From Dehalococcoidia bacterium (GTDB lineage: Bacteria > Chloroflexota > Dehalococcoidia > Lucifugimonadales > UBA3495), in the NCBI GenBank assembly GCA_965203835.1, contig OZ241919.1, positions 3,220,188 to 3,284,187 of the forward strand: a stretch of 64,000 nt of DNA, in the 5' to 3' direction. Positions 1-10,425 of this stretch are shown piece by piece; positions within the stretch are counted from its first letter, which is position 1; every line of letters begins with the position of its first letter. Below the pieces are notes generated by a model, which searched no databases, was not told the origin of the DNA, and worked only from the letters and a program-made list of their open reading frames with translations. The translations under genes and the position numbers were made by a program.

Positions 1-540
1 GTAGGCCGTGTTTACCATCCCCGCCAAGCAGTCGTCCGGTAGCTGGAAGGCAGGGTCGAAAGCCCAGCGGATATCCCACTCGTGCATTGCCAACTCGGTC
101 AACCGTATGTCCACCTTGGATCGTACCGTTTCTAGCCTCAGCCGGTGATAGCATGGAGTGTCCCAGTCCTGCGGTTTCAGCCCTTCGATTATTCGCTCGA
201 AACGCCGGTTCAGGTCGGCAAATTCCGTTGCCAAGTCTCCTCCCAGACTGCGCCGTAGTTCTACAGCTCCGCGGTCGAGGTCTTCCCTGAACTGGTCCTC
301 GCTCGTCGGTGGGCCCGGCGGCGTGCCGGGCGACGGCGAAGTGTCGCCGGCCAGCCCCCTGGCAATCTGGTCGGGCATGAGTGCTCCCCGTTCGACCAGA
401 TGAGCCACCACGTCGGCGACGGTCCAACCTTCACAAGCGCTGGGGCGGTCCCAGCCGTCCGGTTCCAGCCCGTCCAGGAACCGTTCAAGGCGTTGGGCCG
501 CGGCTTTCAATACAGCGGGCCGTTCTTTGTCGGTGTACAT
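1..540 (-). CDS. DinB-family / MDMPI N-terminal-domain protein (partial; 3' end lies beyond window start)
   Basis: This ORF is absent from the track because no stop lies inside the window. My translation of the reverse strand from the ATG at 540 gives MYTDKERPAVLKAAAQRLERFLDGLEPDGWDRPSACEGWTVADVVAHLVERGALMPDQIARG... and stays open to base 1 (180 codons). The W..PS.C.GWTV.DVVAHL block is the typical first helix of DinB_2 / mycothiol maleylpyruvate isomerase N-terminal domain proteins. Confidence 0.6.
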   Translation of the reverse strand, partial: MYTDKERPAVLKAAAQRLERFLDGLEPDGWDRPSACEGWTVADVVAHLVERGALMPDQIARGLAGDTSPSPGTPPGPPTSEDQFREDLDRGAVELRRSLGGDLATEFADLNRRFERIIEGLKPQDWDTPCYHRLRLETVRSKVDIRLTELAMHEWDIRWAFDPAFQLPDDCLAGMVNTAY

Positions 541-551
541 GTTGCTTCCCT

Positions 552-839
552 TCAGGATGGCTTGTGGATTCGGCTCACATTGTCTTCGGCCTCGAATTCA
601 TCGTTAAGCCGATTAAGCGCCAGGGGGTTCACACTGGTTGCTAGTCCGCTGCGATTGGGGACAACTCTAAATTCGGACGAATGCATTTCATCACAAAACG
701 GAGACATCCCGCGCCTGAGTGTGTCGTTCACCACCTGCTTGAACGACTTGTTGAGAAGCCGGGCCCGCTCCTTGAGGTAGTCGGCTATGTCATCGTCAAT
801 GGTTAATGTAGTTCGAATGGGTACATGATGATATATCAT
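552..839 (-). CDS. VapB-type ribbon-helix-helix antitoxin-like protein without adjacent toxin
   Basis: 95 aa. PIRTTLTIDDDIADYLKERARLLNKSFKQVVNDTLRRG matches the RTTLxIDDDL...A N-terminus of RHH/VapB antitoxins and is followed by an extended tail. The stop is 12 nt from the DinB-like start. No PIN or other toxin lies on either side. Confidence 0.5.
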   Translation of the reverse strand: MIYHHVPIRTTLTIDDDIADYLKERARLLNKSFKQVVNDTLRRGMSPFCDEMHSSEFRVVPNRSGLATSVNPLALNRLNDEFEAEDNVSRIHKPS

Positions 840-958
840 CTTGACGATGGCAAGACGTGAGACGAACAGTGCCCTGCAAGATTAACACTCTTTGCTGGTT
901 GGCCTTCAAACCCCCGTGTTAAACTGTATGCCGCGTCCCATAGGGAGAGTGTATAGAC

Positions 959-2989
959 GTGGTCCCCCCAGGAGACATAGGCCCCATTCCAATTTGGGTA
1001 GGCGTTTACCTGGCTTTGCTGGTAGCCTGCGCCATATCGGGTTACGTGCTGTACTGGCGCGTTTTCCGACTGATCCGCCAAGGCAAGGACGTGGCGCGGT
1101 TCGACCGTCCGTGGGAAAGGCTCAAAGGGGCGATGATCATTGTCCTGGGCCAGCGACGGGTGTTGCAGAGAGTCCCCCAACGGGACTGGGCAGGTATAGG
1201 CCACGCATTGATATTCTGGGGATTCCTCTCCTTCTCTCTAAGCTATCTCATCTTCATTTTCGTCGCCTCCGTCTGGAGGCCATTCCCTGAGGCCTTGCTG
1301 ACGGAGACGGGCGTAGGCGTTTACAGCGCTTACCTGGACATTCTGGCATCGGCGCTTCTCGTGGTACTGGTTTGGTCTTTGGCCCGCCGCTGGATAGTCA
1401 AGCCCCCTCGCTTGAGTTTCGATTTGACCCGCAACTGGGACTCGGTCGTAGTAGTCGCCTTGGTCGCCGCATTGATGGTCTCTACTCTGCTGACCCATGC
1501 TTTTTACGTCGCCGGAAGCGGCGAAGGGCCGGAGGCGAGCGTGTTCGTTGGAGGCGCGATCGGCAATGGCTTCACGACGCTGGGCCTTACACGCGCTGTC
1601 TCTGACATCCTCCAAGCGATATCCTGGTGGGTGCACCTTGGGATAGTTCTGGGCTTCATGGTCTACATTCCCTTCTCCAAGCACATGCACATGGTAGCCG
1701 CGCCCATGAACGCCTTCTTCCGTTCCCTGGAGCCGCGTGGGGTGTTGGCATCCATGGACTTGGAGAACTCGGAACGGTTCGGCGCGTCGCGTGTCCAGGA
1801 CTTCACTTGGAAGCAGCTTCTGGATGGGTACGCGTGCGCGGTCTGCGGACGGTGCACCTCCGTTTGTCCGGCCAACCTGACTGGGAAAGTCCTGTCGCCT
1901 ATGCATATTGTGGAAAACCTGAAAGACCACATGATCGCCATTGGGCACCAAGGCAGCCGTGACAGTGAGCACGTCGAGCCATCCAATCTAGTGGGTGGGC
2001 CCATCTCAGAGCAGGCGATATGGGACTGCTTGTCCTGCGGCGCTTGCATGGAGGAGTGCCCCGTGGTGGTGGAGCATGTGCCTACGATCATTGACGTGCG
2101 GCGACACTTGGTATTGGAGGAGGCCAACATCCCCGAGACCGGCATGAACGCGTTGCTCAGCATGGAGCAGCGAGGACACCCTTGGCGCGGCAGCCAGTAT
2201 ACCCGGACAGATTGGGCCGAAGGCTTGGACGTGCCTACCCTGGCGGAAAATCCGGCCGCTGAAGTGCTCCTCTGGGTGGGATGCACCGGTGCGCTGGAGC
2301 AGCGGAGCCAAGCGGTAACCAGGTCAATGGCCAAGGTGTTAAGGTCCGCAAAGGTTGACTTTGCCATTCTGGGGGACGAGGAAACTTGCACCGGCGACCC
2401 TGCTCGCCGCATGGGGAACGAGTATCTTTTCCAGATACTGGCCCAGCAGGCTATAGAGACACTGGACAGGTATGGGGTGCAGACCATCGTGACTCTGTGC
2501 CCCCATTGTTTCAACACGATGCGAAACGAGTACCCGCAGTTCGGCGGAAACTACCGGGTGCTCCATTACAGCCAGTTTGTTGACGGCCTGATTAAGGAAG
2601 GGCGGGTCAAGCCGGTGAAGATGATGGATGCTACGATGGCCTATCACGATTCGTGCTACTTGGGGCGTCATAACGGCGTTTACGATGAGCCGCGTGATAT
2701 TGCCAAGGCGATCCCCGGACTCAAATTGGTGGAGATGGAACCGAGGTGCCGGGAGCGCGGGTTCTGTTGCGGGGCCGGCGGCGGCCACATGTGGATCGAA
2801 GACAGCCAAGGCACGCGGGTCAACCACACGCGCACCAGCCATTTCTTGCAGACCGGCGCCGATACCGTGGGGGTGTCATGCCCTTTCTGCCTGCAAATGT
2901 TGACGGAAGGCATCCAATCTGCGGGTCAACAGGGGGACAAGCAAGCAAAGGACGTGCTGGAAATCCTGGCGGAAAGCTTGGAGGACTGA
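959..2989 (+). CDS. Membrane-anchored Fe-S oxidoreductase: DsrM/NarI-like polytopic N-domain fused to HdrD/DsrK-like 2x[4Fe-4S] + CCG domains
   Basis: GTG start 9 nt after GGGAGAG. The first ~240 aa contain several hydrophobic helices with a PFSKHMH motif. Ferredoxin motifs are CAVCGRCTSVCP and CLSCGACMEECP. Cysteine-rich CCG-type motifs are CPHCFNTM, CCGAGGG and CPFCLQML. Confidence 0.8.
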   Translation: MVPPGDIGPIPIWVGVYLALLVACAISGYVLYWRVFRLIRQGKDVARFDRPWERLKGAMIIVLGQRRVLQRVPQRDWAGIGHALIFWGFLSFSLSYLIFIFVASVWRPFPEALLTETGVGVYSAYLDILASALLVVLVWSLARRWIVKPPRLSFDLTRNWDSVVVVALVAALMVSTLLTHAFYVAGSGEGPEASVFVGGAIGNGFTTLGLTRAVSDILQAISWWVHLGIVLGFMVYIPFSKHMHMVAAPMNAFFRSLEPRGVLASMDLENSERFGASRVQDFTWKQLLDGYACAVCGRCTSVCPANLTGKVLSPMHIVENLKDHMIAIGHQGSRDSEHVEPSNLVGGPISEQAIWDCLSCGACMEECPVVVEHVPTIIDVRRHLVLEEANIPETGMNALLSMEQRGHPWRGSQYTRTDWAEGLDVPTLAENPAAEVLLWVGCTGALEQRSQAVTRSMAKVLRSAKVDFAILGDEETCTGDPARRMGNEYLFQILAQQAIETLDRYGVQTIVTLCPHCFNTMRNEYPQFGGNYRVLHYSQFVDGLIKEGRVKPVKMMDATMAYHDSCYLGRHNGVYDEPRDIAKAIPGLKLVEMEPRCRERGFCCGAGGGHMWIEDSQGTRVNHTRTSHFLQTGADTVGVSCPFCLQMLTEGIQSAGQQGDKQAKDVLEILAESLED

Positions 2990-3037
2990 CCACGGGACCG
3001 TAACGTTTACCAACCCTCAACAACGGAGTGTGGGTAC

Positions 3038-3286
3038 ATGCCTGACAACGATTTGACTATCACCCAAAGCTGCGGAGATTGCGGCCACGAGGTAGGGTCT
3101 TTCAGTGTGAAGAAAGACAACATGATGCTCATGTCGAAGGAACTGGTCTGGTGCCCCGAGTGTCAGGCCGACAAGCCGGAAGTCCGGGACTTGGCAGGCC
3201 GCAGTTCGGCGATCCAAAGGGAGCAACAGAGCTACGCCAAGAATGAAGCTGTCCAGTCGGAGACCCGTGTCCGAAATCCCACATAA
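3038..3286 (+). CDS. Small zinc-ribbon protein, hypothetical
   Basis: 82 aa with two CxxC pairs (CGDCGHE ... CPECQ). It follows the Fe-S oxidoreductase by 48 nt on the same strand. There is no other support. Confidence 0.4.
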   Translation: MPDNDLTITQSCGDCGHEVGSFSVKKDNMMLMSKELVWCPECQADKPEVRDLAGRSSAIQREQQSYAKNEAVQSETRVRNPT

Positions 3287-3321
3287 CGGGCTCAGACCTC
3301 CCGGTTACCGGTGTCGGTGGC

Positions 3322-4218
3322 TTGTATTGGTCCCATCGCCGGGTCTTCAGCGGTGTCGCAACCGGCCCGACGGCGCATACTGTGACAGTCAAAATCCTCG
3401 TTGGTTTGACCCTTTTATGCCTGTTGGCGGTGTTTTTGTTCTGGCCGCATATTGAGAGACGGTTCGTATTCTTCCCCACCGCGGAAATCGTCCAGACCCC
3501 GGCTGCGGTGGGACTGACCTACGAGGAAGTGTTCTTTACCACCAGCGACGGGCTGCGGTTGCACGGTTGGTTCGTGCCAGGGAGTGGCGACGTTACCTGG
3601 GTGTGGTTTCACGGAAACGGCGGGAACATAGGCCACCGTGTCGACGAACTTGCGCTGTTCCATCACAAGCTGGGCGTTGACCAGTTCATCTTTGATTACC
3701 GGGGCTACGGACGCAGCCAAGGGACACCCTCGGAAAAAGGGACATATCAAGACGCCCGAGCCGCTATGGCGTACCTGCATAGCCGTCCCGGCATAGACGC
3801 CGGGAAGATCGTCTACTTCGGGCGGTCGTTGGGGGCGGCGGTAGCGGTTGAGTTGGCCGGCAGCCATCCGCCATCGGGTCTGGTCCTGGTTGCTGCCTTC
3901 TCATCCATGGAAGACATGGCCCGATTGACGTTCCCCTTCTTGCCGGTGGGTCTTCTGGTGAAGGGCCACTACGATTCGTTGAGCCGGATCCAGCAGGTGC
4001 ATAGCCCTCTGTTGGTCATGCACGGTGACTTGGACAGCACTGTACCGCTTTCCCAGGGCGAAAAGCTGTTCAAATCAGCCAATGGTCCCAAGCGGTTTCA
4101 CCGGCTCACCGGCGCGGGTCACAACGACACCTACCTGGCCGGGCAGGGCTACTGGGAAGCACTTGATGAATTCCTGGCTACTCTGTCCGCTGCCGGACCA
4201 AGCGGCGACCCCGGCTGA
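3322..4218 (+). CDS. Alpha/beta hydrolase (S9/BAAT-like) with N-terminal hydrophobic helix
   Basis: GRSLGAAVA nucleophile elbow, then HGDLDSTVP and GAGHND (Asp/His) motifs. The TTG at 3322 is only the most upstream possible start, so the true start is uncertain. Confidence 0.8.
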   Translation: MYWSHRRVFSGVATGPTAHTVTVKILVGLTLLCLLAVFLFWPHIERRFVFFPTAEIVQTPAAVGLTYEEVFFTTSDGLRLHGWFVPGSGDVTWVWFHGNGGNIGHRVDELALFHHKLGVDQFIFDYRGYGRSQGTPSEKGTYQDARAAMAYLHSRPGIDAGKIVYFGRSLGAAVAVELAGSHPPSGLVLVAAFSSMEDMARLTFPFLPVGLLVKGHYDSLSRIQQVHSPLLVMHGDLDSTVPLSQGEKLFKSANGPKRFHRLTGAGHNDTYLAGQGYWEALDEFLATLSAAGPSGDPG

Positions 4219-4320
4219 CTTGGAGGCTATGCCTCTCCTTATAAGAGCGATCGAAGAGCGAATTCGCTAGCGGAGACACGGCCCCGGTAAACCAAGCAAA
4301 ATTGTTGGGGACGAATGGAA

Positions 4321-4349
4321 AACCGCCCCGGATGCCGTCCGGGGCGGTT
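4321..4349 (-). terminator. Rho-independent-type terminator hairpin between convergent genes
   Basis: aaccgccccgg-atgccgt-ccggggcggtt forms an 11-bp stem with a 7-nt loop. On the minus strand it is followed by TTTTCC, and on the plus strand by TTCTTG. It lies between the hydrolase stop (4218) and the stop of the small minus-strand gene (4391). Confidence 0.7.
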
Positions 4350-4390
4350 CTTGTAAGGTCACCGGTTAGTACTTTGGACGTCGCGACTGC

Positions 4391-4585
4391 TTAAAGCTGT
4401 TCAGCATAATCCAGGTTGTGCAGGTACTTGTTCCCTTCGAACTCGCCTTCAACGATGACTACTTCGTGAACATTGACCTCGTGGGACTCCACGTTCAGGG
4501 AAACCCCGGTGGTCTCCACTGTCAACCCCGATCGAGTCTTGAACCGCAATCCAGCTTCCACACTGGTCATTTCTGCGTAAGCCAA
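4391..4585 (-). CDS. Small (64 aa) hypothetical protein
   Basis: TTG start preceded by ACGGAGGAAAGGAAA, a GGAGG about 8 nt upstream. A clean terminator lies downstream. The sequence looks beta-rich (LTVETTGVSLNVESHEVNVHEVVIVEG). I recognise no family. Confidence 0.55.
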   Translation of the reverse strand: MAYAEMTSVEAGLRFKTRSGLTVETTGVSLNVESHEVNVHEVVIVEGEFEGNKYLHNLDYAEQL

Positions 4586-4823
4586 TTTCCTTTCCTCCGT
4601 TTCAGGACCGTTGTCCCGTGTAATTTTGATTGACGAATTTTACTGTCGTGCTGACCGCTTGAAGCTTGCTGATATCCCGGATGCACAACCCACAAGCGAT
4701 TGTGTCAAGAGTACCATCCAGCGTCAGCAGTCTACAAATCGAGCTTTATAACGTCAAGCCTTATACTGTCCGGTGTTCGCTTCAGTTTCATGGCATGAGG
4801 TCCAACATTCGTCATGCAAGCGG

Positions 4824-5123
4824 TCAAAAGCCTGACATAATCTCTATTTCGTAGTCCAAAAGCTCCAAGTCACCGCGACTCTCTTCCAAGAATTCCACTA
4901 CCTTGGAGAGCATTTGGTTGGCGTGCCGGGCGTCATTGCTTAGACAACATACGGCAAGGGTCAAGTGTTGCCACAATTCGTTGTTCTCGGACTCCGCCAC
5001 AGCGACATTGAACCGGTTACGAATCCTCGCGGTAACGGACCTGCTTACCTGTCGTTTGCCTTTCAAGCTATGGTTGTCGGGAAGGTGGATCTCCAGACGG
5101 CAGAACCCAATGTGTAGACTCAT
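4824..5123 (-). CDS. DUF503 (YlxP-like) family protein
   Basis: MSLHIGFCRLEIHLPDNHSLKGKRQVSRSVTARIRNRFNVAVAESENNELWQHLTLAVCCLSND fits the DUF503 pattern (SLKxKR ... FNVSVAEV ... WQ). I place the start at the internal ATG (5123), not the track start at 5174. Confidence 0.7.
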   Translation of the reverse strand: MSLHIGFCRLEIHLPDNHSLKGKRQVSRSVTARIRNRFNVAVAESENNELWQHLTLAVCCLSNDARHANQMLSKVVEFLEESRGDLELLDYEIEIMSGF

Positions 5124-5133
5124 ACTCTCGACT

Positions 5134-5151
5134 TTGTAATTTATTTCACAG
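5134..5151. promoter_or_regulatory. Possible Rex operator-like imperfect palindrome
   Basis: TTGTAATTTATTTCACAG compared with the Rex box TTGTGAA-N4-TTCACAA matches 11 of 14 specified positions. It lies in the divergent region between DUF503 and rex. This was judged by eye only. Confidence 0.25.
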
Positions 5152-5307
5152 TTTTCTTGACGCAACGTAAACAAACATTATAGATTATGGCATGGACTAA
5201 CCTCATTTGGAGCGTCCCTGACGCGGAAACCAGCCTATACTACGAGGCAAGGTTTCCAGGCTGGCACACCCTCTGTTGGCGGCGTCCTGGGGCGGACAGG
5301 CGCGATT

Positions 5308-5970
5308 ATGGCGGCCGATTCCCCTATCCGCCACCAGCGGCGCGAAGAAGCGCCTGAAGTGGTGGTTGCGAGACTACCCCAGTACGTTCGCGTACTCACT
5401 CGCCTGCTTCAGGAGGGAGCGGAGGTAGTCAGCTCGCAGCAACTGGGAGAGACGCTCCAGGTTACTCCGGCCCAGATCAGGAAAGACTTAAGCTACTTTG
5501 GCCGGTTCGGGAAGCAGGGCCGCGGTTACAGCGTCCTGCATTTGCTGGAACGCTTGAAACAAATCCTGGGTCTCAATGATTCCTGGAATGTGGCCGTCGT
5601 GGGCGTAGGGCGATTGGGCAGGGCGATATTGAGTTATCCGGGGTTTACCCCGGACGGGTTCCAGCTTGTTGCCGCGTTCGATGACGACCCCAACGTGATT
5701 GGACAAGCAATCGCCGGGCTTACGGTCGAGCATACCGATATGATGGCCGCTGAGGTGGAAGCCAAGAACATCAGCATAGCTATCGTCGCCGTGCCGACCG
5801 AACACACTCAAGAAGTGGTGGACCGGTTGGTACAGTGCGGAATCCGGGCAGTGCTGAATTATGCTCCCATCACTCCCCAAGTGAAGGACGGGGTGAAGGT
5901 CCGGAACATCGACCCGGTGCTGTCGTTACAGTCGATGACTTACTATTTGAGCGACAACAGGCAGGGATAG
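5308..5970 (+). CDS. rex: Redox-sensing transcriptional repressor Rex
   Basis: RLPQYVRVL...SSQQLGE...VTPAQIRKDLSYFGRFGKQGRGYSV winged-helix signature, followed by the Rossmann motif VAVVGVGRLGRA. Confidence 0.9.
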   Translation: MAADSPIRHQRREEAPEVVVARLPQYVRVLTRLLQEGAEVVSSQQLGETLQVTPAQIRKDLSYFGRFGKQGRGYSVLHLLERLKQILGLNDSWNVAVVGVGRLGRAILSYPGFTPDGFQLVAAFDDDPNVIGQAIAGLTVEHTDMMAAEVEAKNISIAIVAVPTEHTQEVVDRLVQCGIRAVLNYAPITPQVKDGVKVRNIDPVLSLQSMTYYLSDNRQG

Positions 5971-6026
5971 GCTACCCTCTGCCGGAAGATCATCTCACTG
6001 GAGAGAAAGTACAGGGGCAGGAAGAC

Positions 6027-6479
6027 TCAGGAAGCCCCTGACGCTCCGGAATCCGGGCCCGGAGCGCCGCCGACTCTTGACCTCCGCCTACGGGCCACGT
6101 TCAGCCGCGCTTGGGCCCGGCGCAGCGATGCCATAGCCTGTTCCAGTTGCACGTCGCTGTCGTGGCTGCTTATCCGCTCTCTGGCGCGTTCAATGGCTTC
6201 TTGCGCCCGCTGTTCGTCTATCTCATCAGACCGCTCACAAGTGTCGGCCAGGATAGTGACCCGGTTTCCCATGACCTCCATGAACCCTCCGGAGACCGCC
6301 AGGAACGAATCCCCTCCGTCTTTGCGGATCAGGATTTCTCCCGGCTGCAATGCGGTCATCAACGGGGCATGGTGGGGCAGTATACCCAACTGCCCTTCAA
6401 AGCCAGGAGCGACCAGCATGTCCACCATGTCGCTGTAGACCTGCTGCTCGGCAGTGATTATTTCGAGTTGCATGGGCAT
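6027..6479 (-). CDS. atpC: F1 ATP synthase epsilon subunit
   Basis: LEIITAEQQVYSDMVDMLVAPGFEGQLGILPHHAPLMTAL is typical of epsilon. It is the last gene of the atp operon. Confidence 0.9.
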   Translation of the reverse strand: MPMQLEIITAEQQVYSDMVDMLVAPGFEGQLGILPHHAPLMTALQPGEILIRKDGGDSFLAVSGGFMEVMGNRVTILADTCERSDEIDEQRAQEAIERARERISSHDSDVQLEQAMASLRRAQARLNVARRRRSRVGGAPGPDSGASGAS

Positions 6480-6538
6480 GGGTGGTCCTCTTCCAACCTT
6501 CAGCTAAGGGCCGGTCCAACCGTCGCCGTTGATGTATG

Positions 6539-7948
<1,410 letters not shown>

Positions 7949-7962
7949 TTAGTTGGCCGTCA

Positions 7963-8826
7963 CTACCCCTCGAGGGCGATCTGGCCGCCGATGAGGTCCA
8001 GCAACTCGTTGGTGATGCTGTCCTGACGCAGCTTGTTCATGACGATGGTAAGGTCGCTCACCAGTTCGCTGGCGTTGTCGGTGGCGTTGCGCATGGCGAC
8101 CATCCGCGCCGATTGTTCGCTGGCAATGGACTCGAGCAGGCTGTGGTAGACCTCCATCTCCACGAAACGGGGGAGCAGGCTGTCGAGCACCGCCAAGCTG
8201 TCGGGCTCGTAGATGTATCCGACGCGCTCGGCTCCGGTCAACTCCGCCGGCGTCACCGGCAACAGCCGCTCGATGACCGGCCGTTGGGAAACCGTCGAAA
8301 CGAACCTGGTGTAGGCCAGGTAAACCTCGTCCACCTCTTCCTCGATATATGAATCTATGACCATCCTGGATATGGCAATGGTGTCGGCGAGGACGGGGCG
8401 TTCCGATATTTCGGTAAAGACGGCTTTAACGTTCTGCCCGGACCGGATCATAAAGTCGCGGGCCTTTCGCCCCACAATGATAGAGGTTACCGGCGAGACA
8501 CACTCCTGGATGAAACCGCCTACTGCACGGTTCAGGTTTGAGTGCATACCGCCGCACAGGCCCCGGTCGGGGCTGATGATCAGGATCCCGATGCGCTGCA
8601 CCGGTCGTACCCGGAGCAAAGGATGGGATTGGGTCCCGTCTTCGCTGGGTTGGGCTGCGAGGTGGGTGATGACTTCCTGAATCTTCTCTGCGAAGGGACG
8701 TCCTTGGGTGACCGACATTTGAGCGCGCCGCATTTTCGACGCAGCGATCAACGACATAGCGTTGGTAACTTTGCCGGTGTTCTCCACGCTGCGGATGCGG
8801 CGGCGCATGTCTCTTACACTGGGCAT
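7963..8826 (-). CDS. atpG: F1 ATP synthase gamma subunit
   Basis: The canonical N-terminus MPSVRDMRRRIRSVENTGKVTNAM begins at the ATG at 8826. The upstream 73 codons of the track ORF overlap atpA and are not credible. Confidence 0.93.
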   Translation of the reverse strand: MPSVRDMRRRIRSVENTGKVTNAMSLIAASKMRRAQMSVTQGRPFAEKIQEVITHLAAQPSEDGTQSHPLLRVRPVQRIGILIISPDRGLCGGMHSNLNRAVGGFIQECVSPVTSIIVGRKARDFMIRSGQNVKAVFTEISERPVLADTIAISRMVIDSYIEEEVDEVYLAYTRFVSTVSQRPVIERLLPVTPAELTGAERVGYIYEPDSLAVLDSLLPRFVEMEVYHSLLESIASEQSARMVAMRNATDNASELVSDLTIVMNKLRQDSITNELLDLIGGQIALEG

Positions 8827-8891
8827 ATTACGCTTCCCTGAACAACCGGTTGCGATGCTTGGCGGGGTTGGCCATGCAGTGGCTTTCCAAG

Positions 8892-10403
8892 CTAGACGTT
8901 GAAACCGCCCTTGAACTGGTTTATTGCGGCGGTCAGGGCCGTCTCCGTCTCTTGGGTCAGGTCTCGGGTTTCCGCAATGCTTTGCTGAAGCTCCGGGTGG
9001 GTCGACGAAATAAAGCGGAGCAACTGGTCTTGGAAGTCGCCGCAACGATTGAGGGGGATGTCTTCGGCGAGTCCTTCATTGACCGCGAACAGGATGATTA
9101 CCTCCTCTTCCAAGGAGAGGGGGTTGGAGTGGGGTTGTTTCAACATCTCCGTGGCGAGTTGCCCGCGGGTCAACTGGGCCCTCGTTGCGGCGTCCAAGTC
9201 CGCCGTGCCGAATTGTGCGAAGGTCGCTAACTCCCGGTACTGGGCCAAGTCCAGCCGCAAGCGCCCGGCCACACGTCGAATAGCCCGTGATTGGGCTGCG
9301 CCGCCAACGCGGGAAACCGACAGACCAACGTTGACCGCCGGGCGTATACCTGCGTTGAACAACTCGGTTTCCAGGTATATCTGCCCGTCGGTAATTGAGA
9401 TAACGTTGGTTGGAATGTAGGCCGAAACGTCGCCTGCCTGGGTCTCAATAATGGGCAGCGCTGTGATCGAACCTCCTCCCAGTTCCTGACTCAAACGGGC
9501 CGACCTCTCCAGCAACCTGCTGTGCAGGTAAAAAATGTCGCCGGGATAAGCTTCGCGGCCGGCGGGACGGCGAAGCAACAGGGACATCTGCCGGTAGGCC
9601 CAAGCGTGCTTGGTAAGGTCGTCGTAAATTATCAGGACGTCTTTGCCCTGCTCCATAAACTCCTCGGCCATGGAGCAACCCGCGTATGGGGCCATGTATT
9701 GCAGGGGCGCGGAGTCTGACGCGCCGGCGTTGACGATAATGGTGTGGTCCATCGCGTTGTTCTGTTCCAGCGTGGTCACTACCTGGGCTACTTTGCCTTG
9801 CTTCTGTCCGATGGCGACGTAGATACAGATAAGGTCGCCGCCGCGCTGGTTGATTATGGAGTCCAGGGCAATGGCCGTCTTGCCTGTGGAACGGTCTCCA
9901 ATGATCAGCTCCCTTTGCCCCCGACCTATGGGGATCATTGCGTCCACTGCCTTGATGCCCGTCTGCACCGGCGTATCCACCGATTGGCGCACCACCACGT
10001 TGGGAGCAACCCGCTCAACCGGGCGTGTGACGGTCGTATTGACCGGCCCTTTGCCGTCCAGCGGACGCCCGACGGGATCAACCACACGGCCTATAAGGGC
10101 GTCTCCAACCGGCACCTCGATGATTCGCCCGGTGGAACGTACCCGGTCTCCCTCTTTTATGGCGTTCGGGTCGCCCAGAATGGCCGCGCCTACCAAATCG
10201 GCTTCAAGGTTCAGGGCAAGCCCCAGGATGTCGTTGCCGAAGTCCAGCAACTCATTGGACCGGACGCCCTGAAGACCTTGTATGCTGGCGATGCCGTCGC
10301 CAACCTGGACTACAGTCCCCACGTCGACCAAGGTCAAGTCGCCGGCGAACTCTTCGATCTGGCGCCTGATCAAAGAAACGATTTCTTGTCCTCTAATGGC
10401 CAT
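8892..10403 (-). CDS. atpA: F1 ATP synthase alpha subunit
   Basis: Walker A GDRSTGKT and alpha-type sequence throughout. The start is set at [17 protein letters not shown] (ATG at 10403). Confidence 0.97.
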   Translation of the reverse strand: MAIRGQEIVSLIRRQIEEFAGDLTLVDVGTVVQVGDGIASIQGLQGVRSNELLDFGNDILGLALNLEADLVGAAILGDPNAIKEGDRVRSTGRIIEVPVGDALIGRVVDPVGRPLDGKGPVNTTVTRPVERVAPNVVVRQSVDTPVQTGIKAVDAMIPIGRGQRELIIGDRSTGKTAIALDSIINQRGGDLICIYVAIGQKQGKVAQVVTTLEQNNAMDHTIIVNAGASDSAPLQYMAPYAGCSMAEEFMEQGKDVLIIYDDLTKHAWAYRQMSLLLRRPAGREAYPGDIFYLHSRLLERSARLSQELGGGSITALPIIETQAGDVSAYIPTNVISITDGQIYLETELFNAGIRPAVNVGLSVSRVGGAAQSRAIRRVAGRLRLDLAQYRELATFAQFGTADLDAATRAQLTRGQLATEMLKQPHSNPLSLEEEVIILFAVNEGLAEDIPLNRCGDFQDQLLRFISSTHPELQQSIAETRDLTQETETALTAAINQFKGGFNV

Positions 10404-10425
10404 TGGCTGCTCCCTTGCGCCCGGT

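Noticed and set aside
6012-6040. Hairpin CAGGGGC-(15 nt)-GCCCCTG between the convergent rex and atpC genes, considered as a terminator.
   Set aside because: It has a short 7-bp stem, a large loop and no U-tract, and it overlaps the atpC stop codon. It is not convincing.
8827-9045. N-terminal extensions of track ORFs for atpG (to 9045), atpA (to 10502), trpC (to 46651), the crotonase (to 55243), the ATPase (to 57349), DUF1800 (from 59324) and others.
   Set aside because: The extensions overlap upstream genes or REP elements. The canonical family N-termini begin at internal ATGs with good Shine-Dalgarno sequences.
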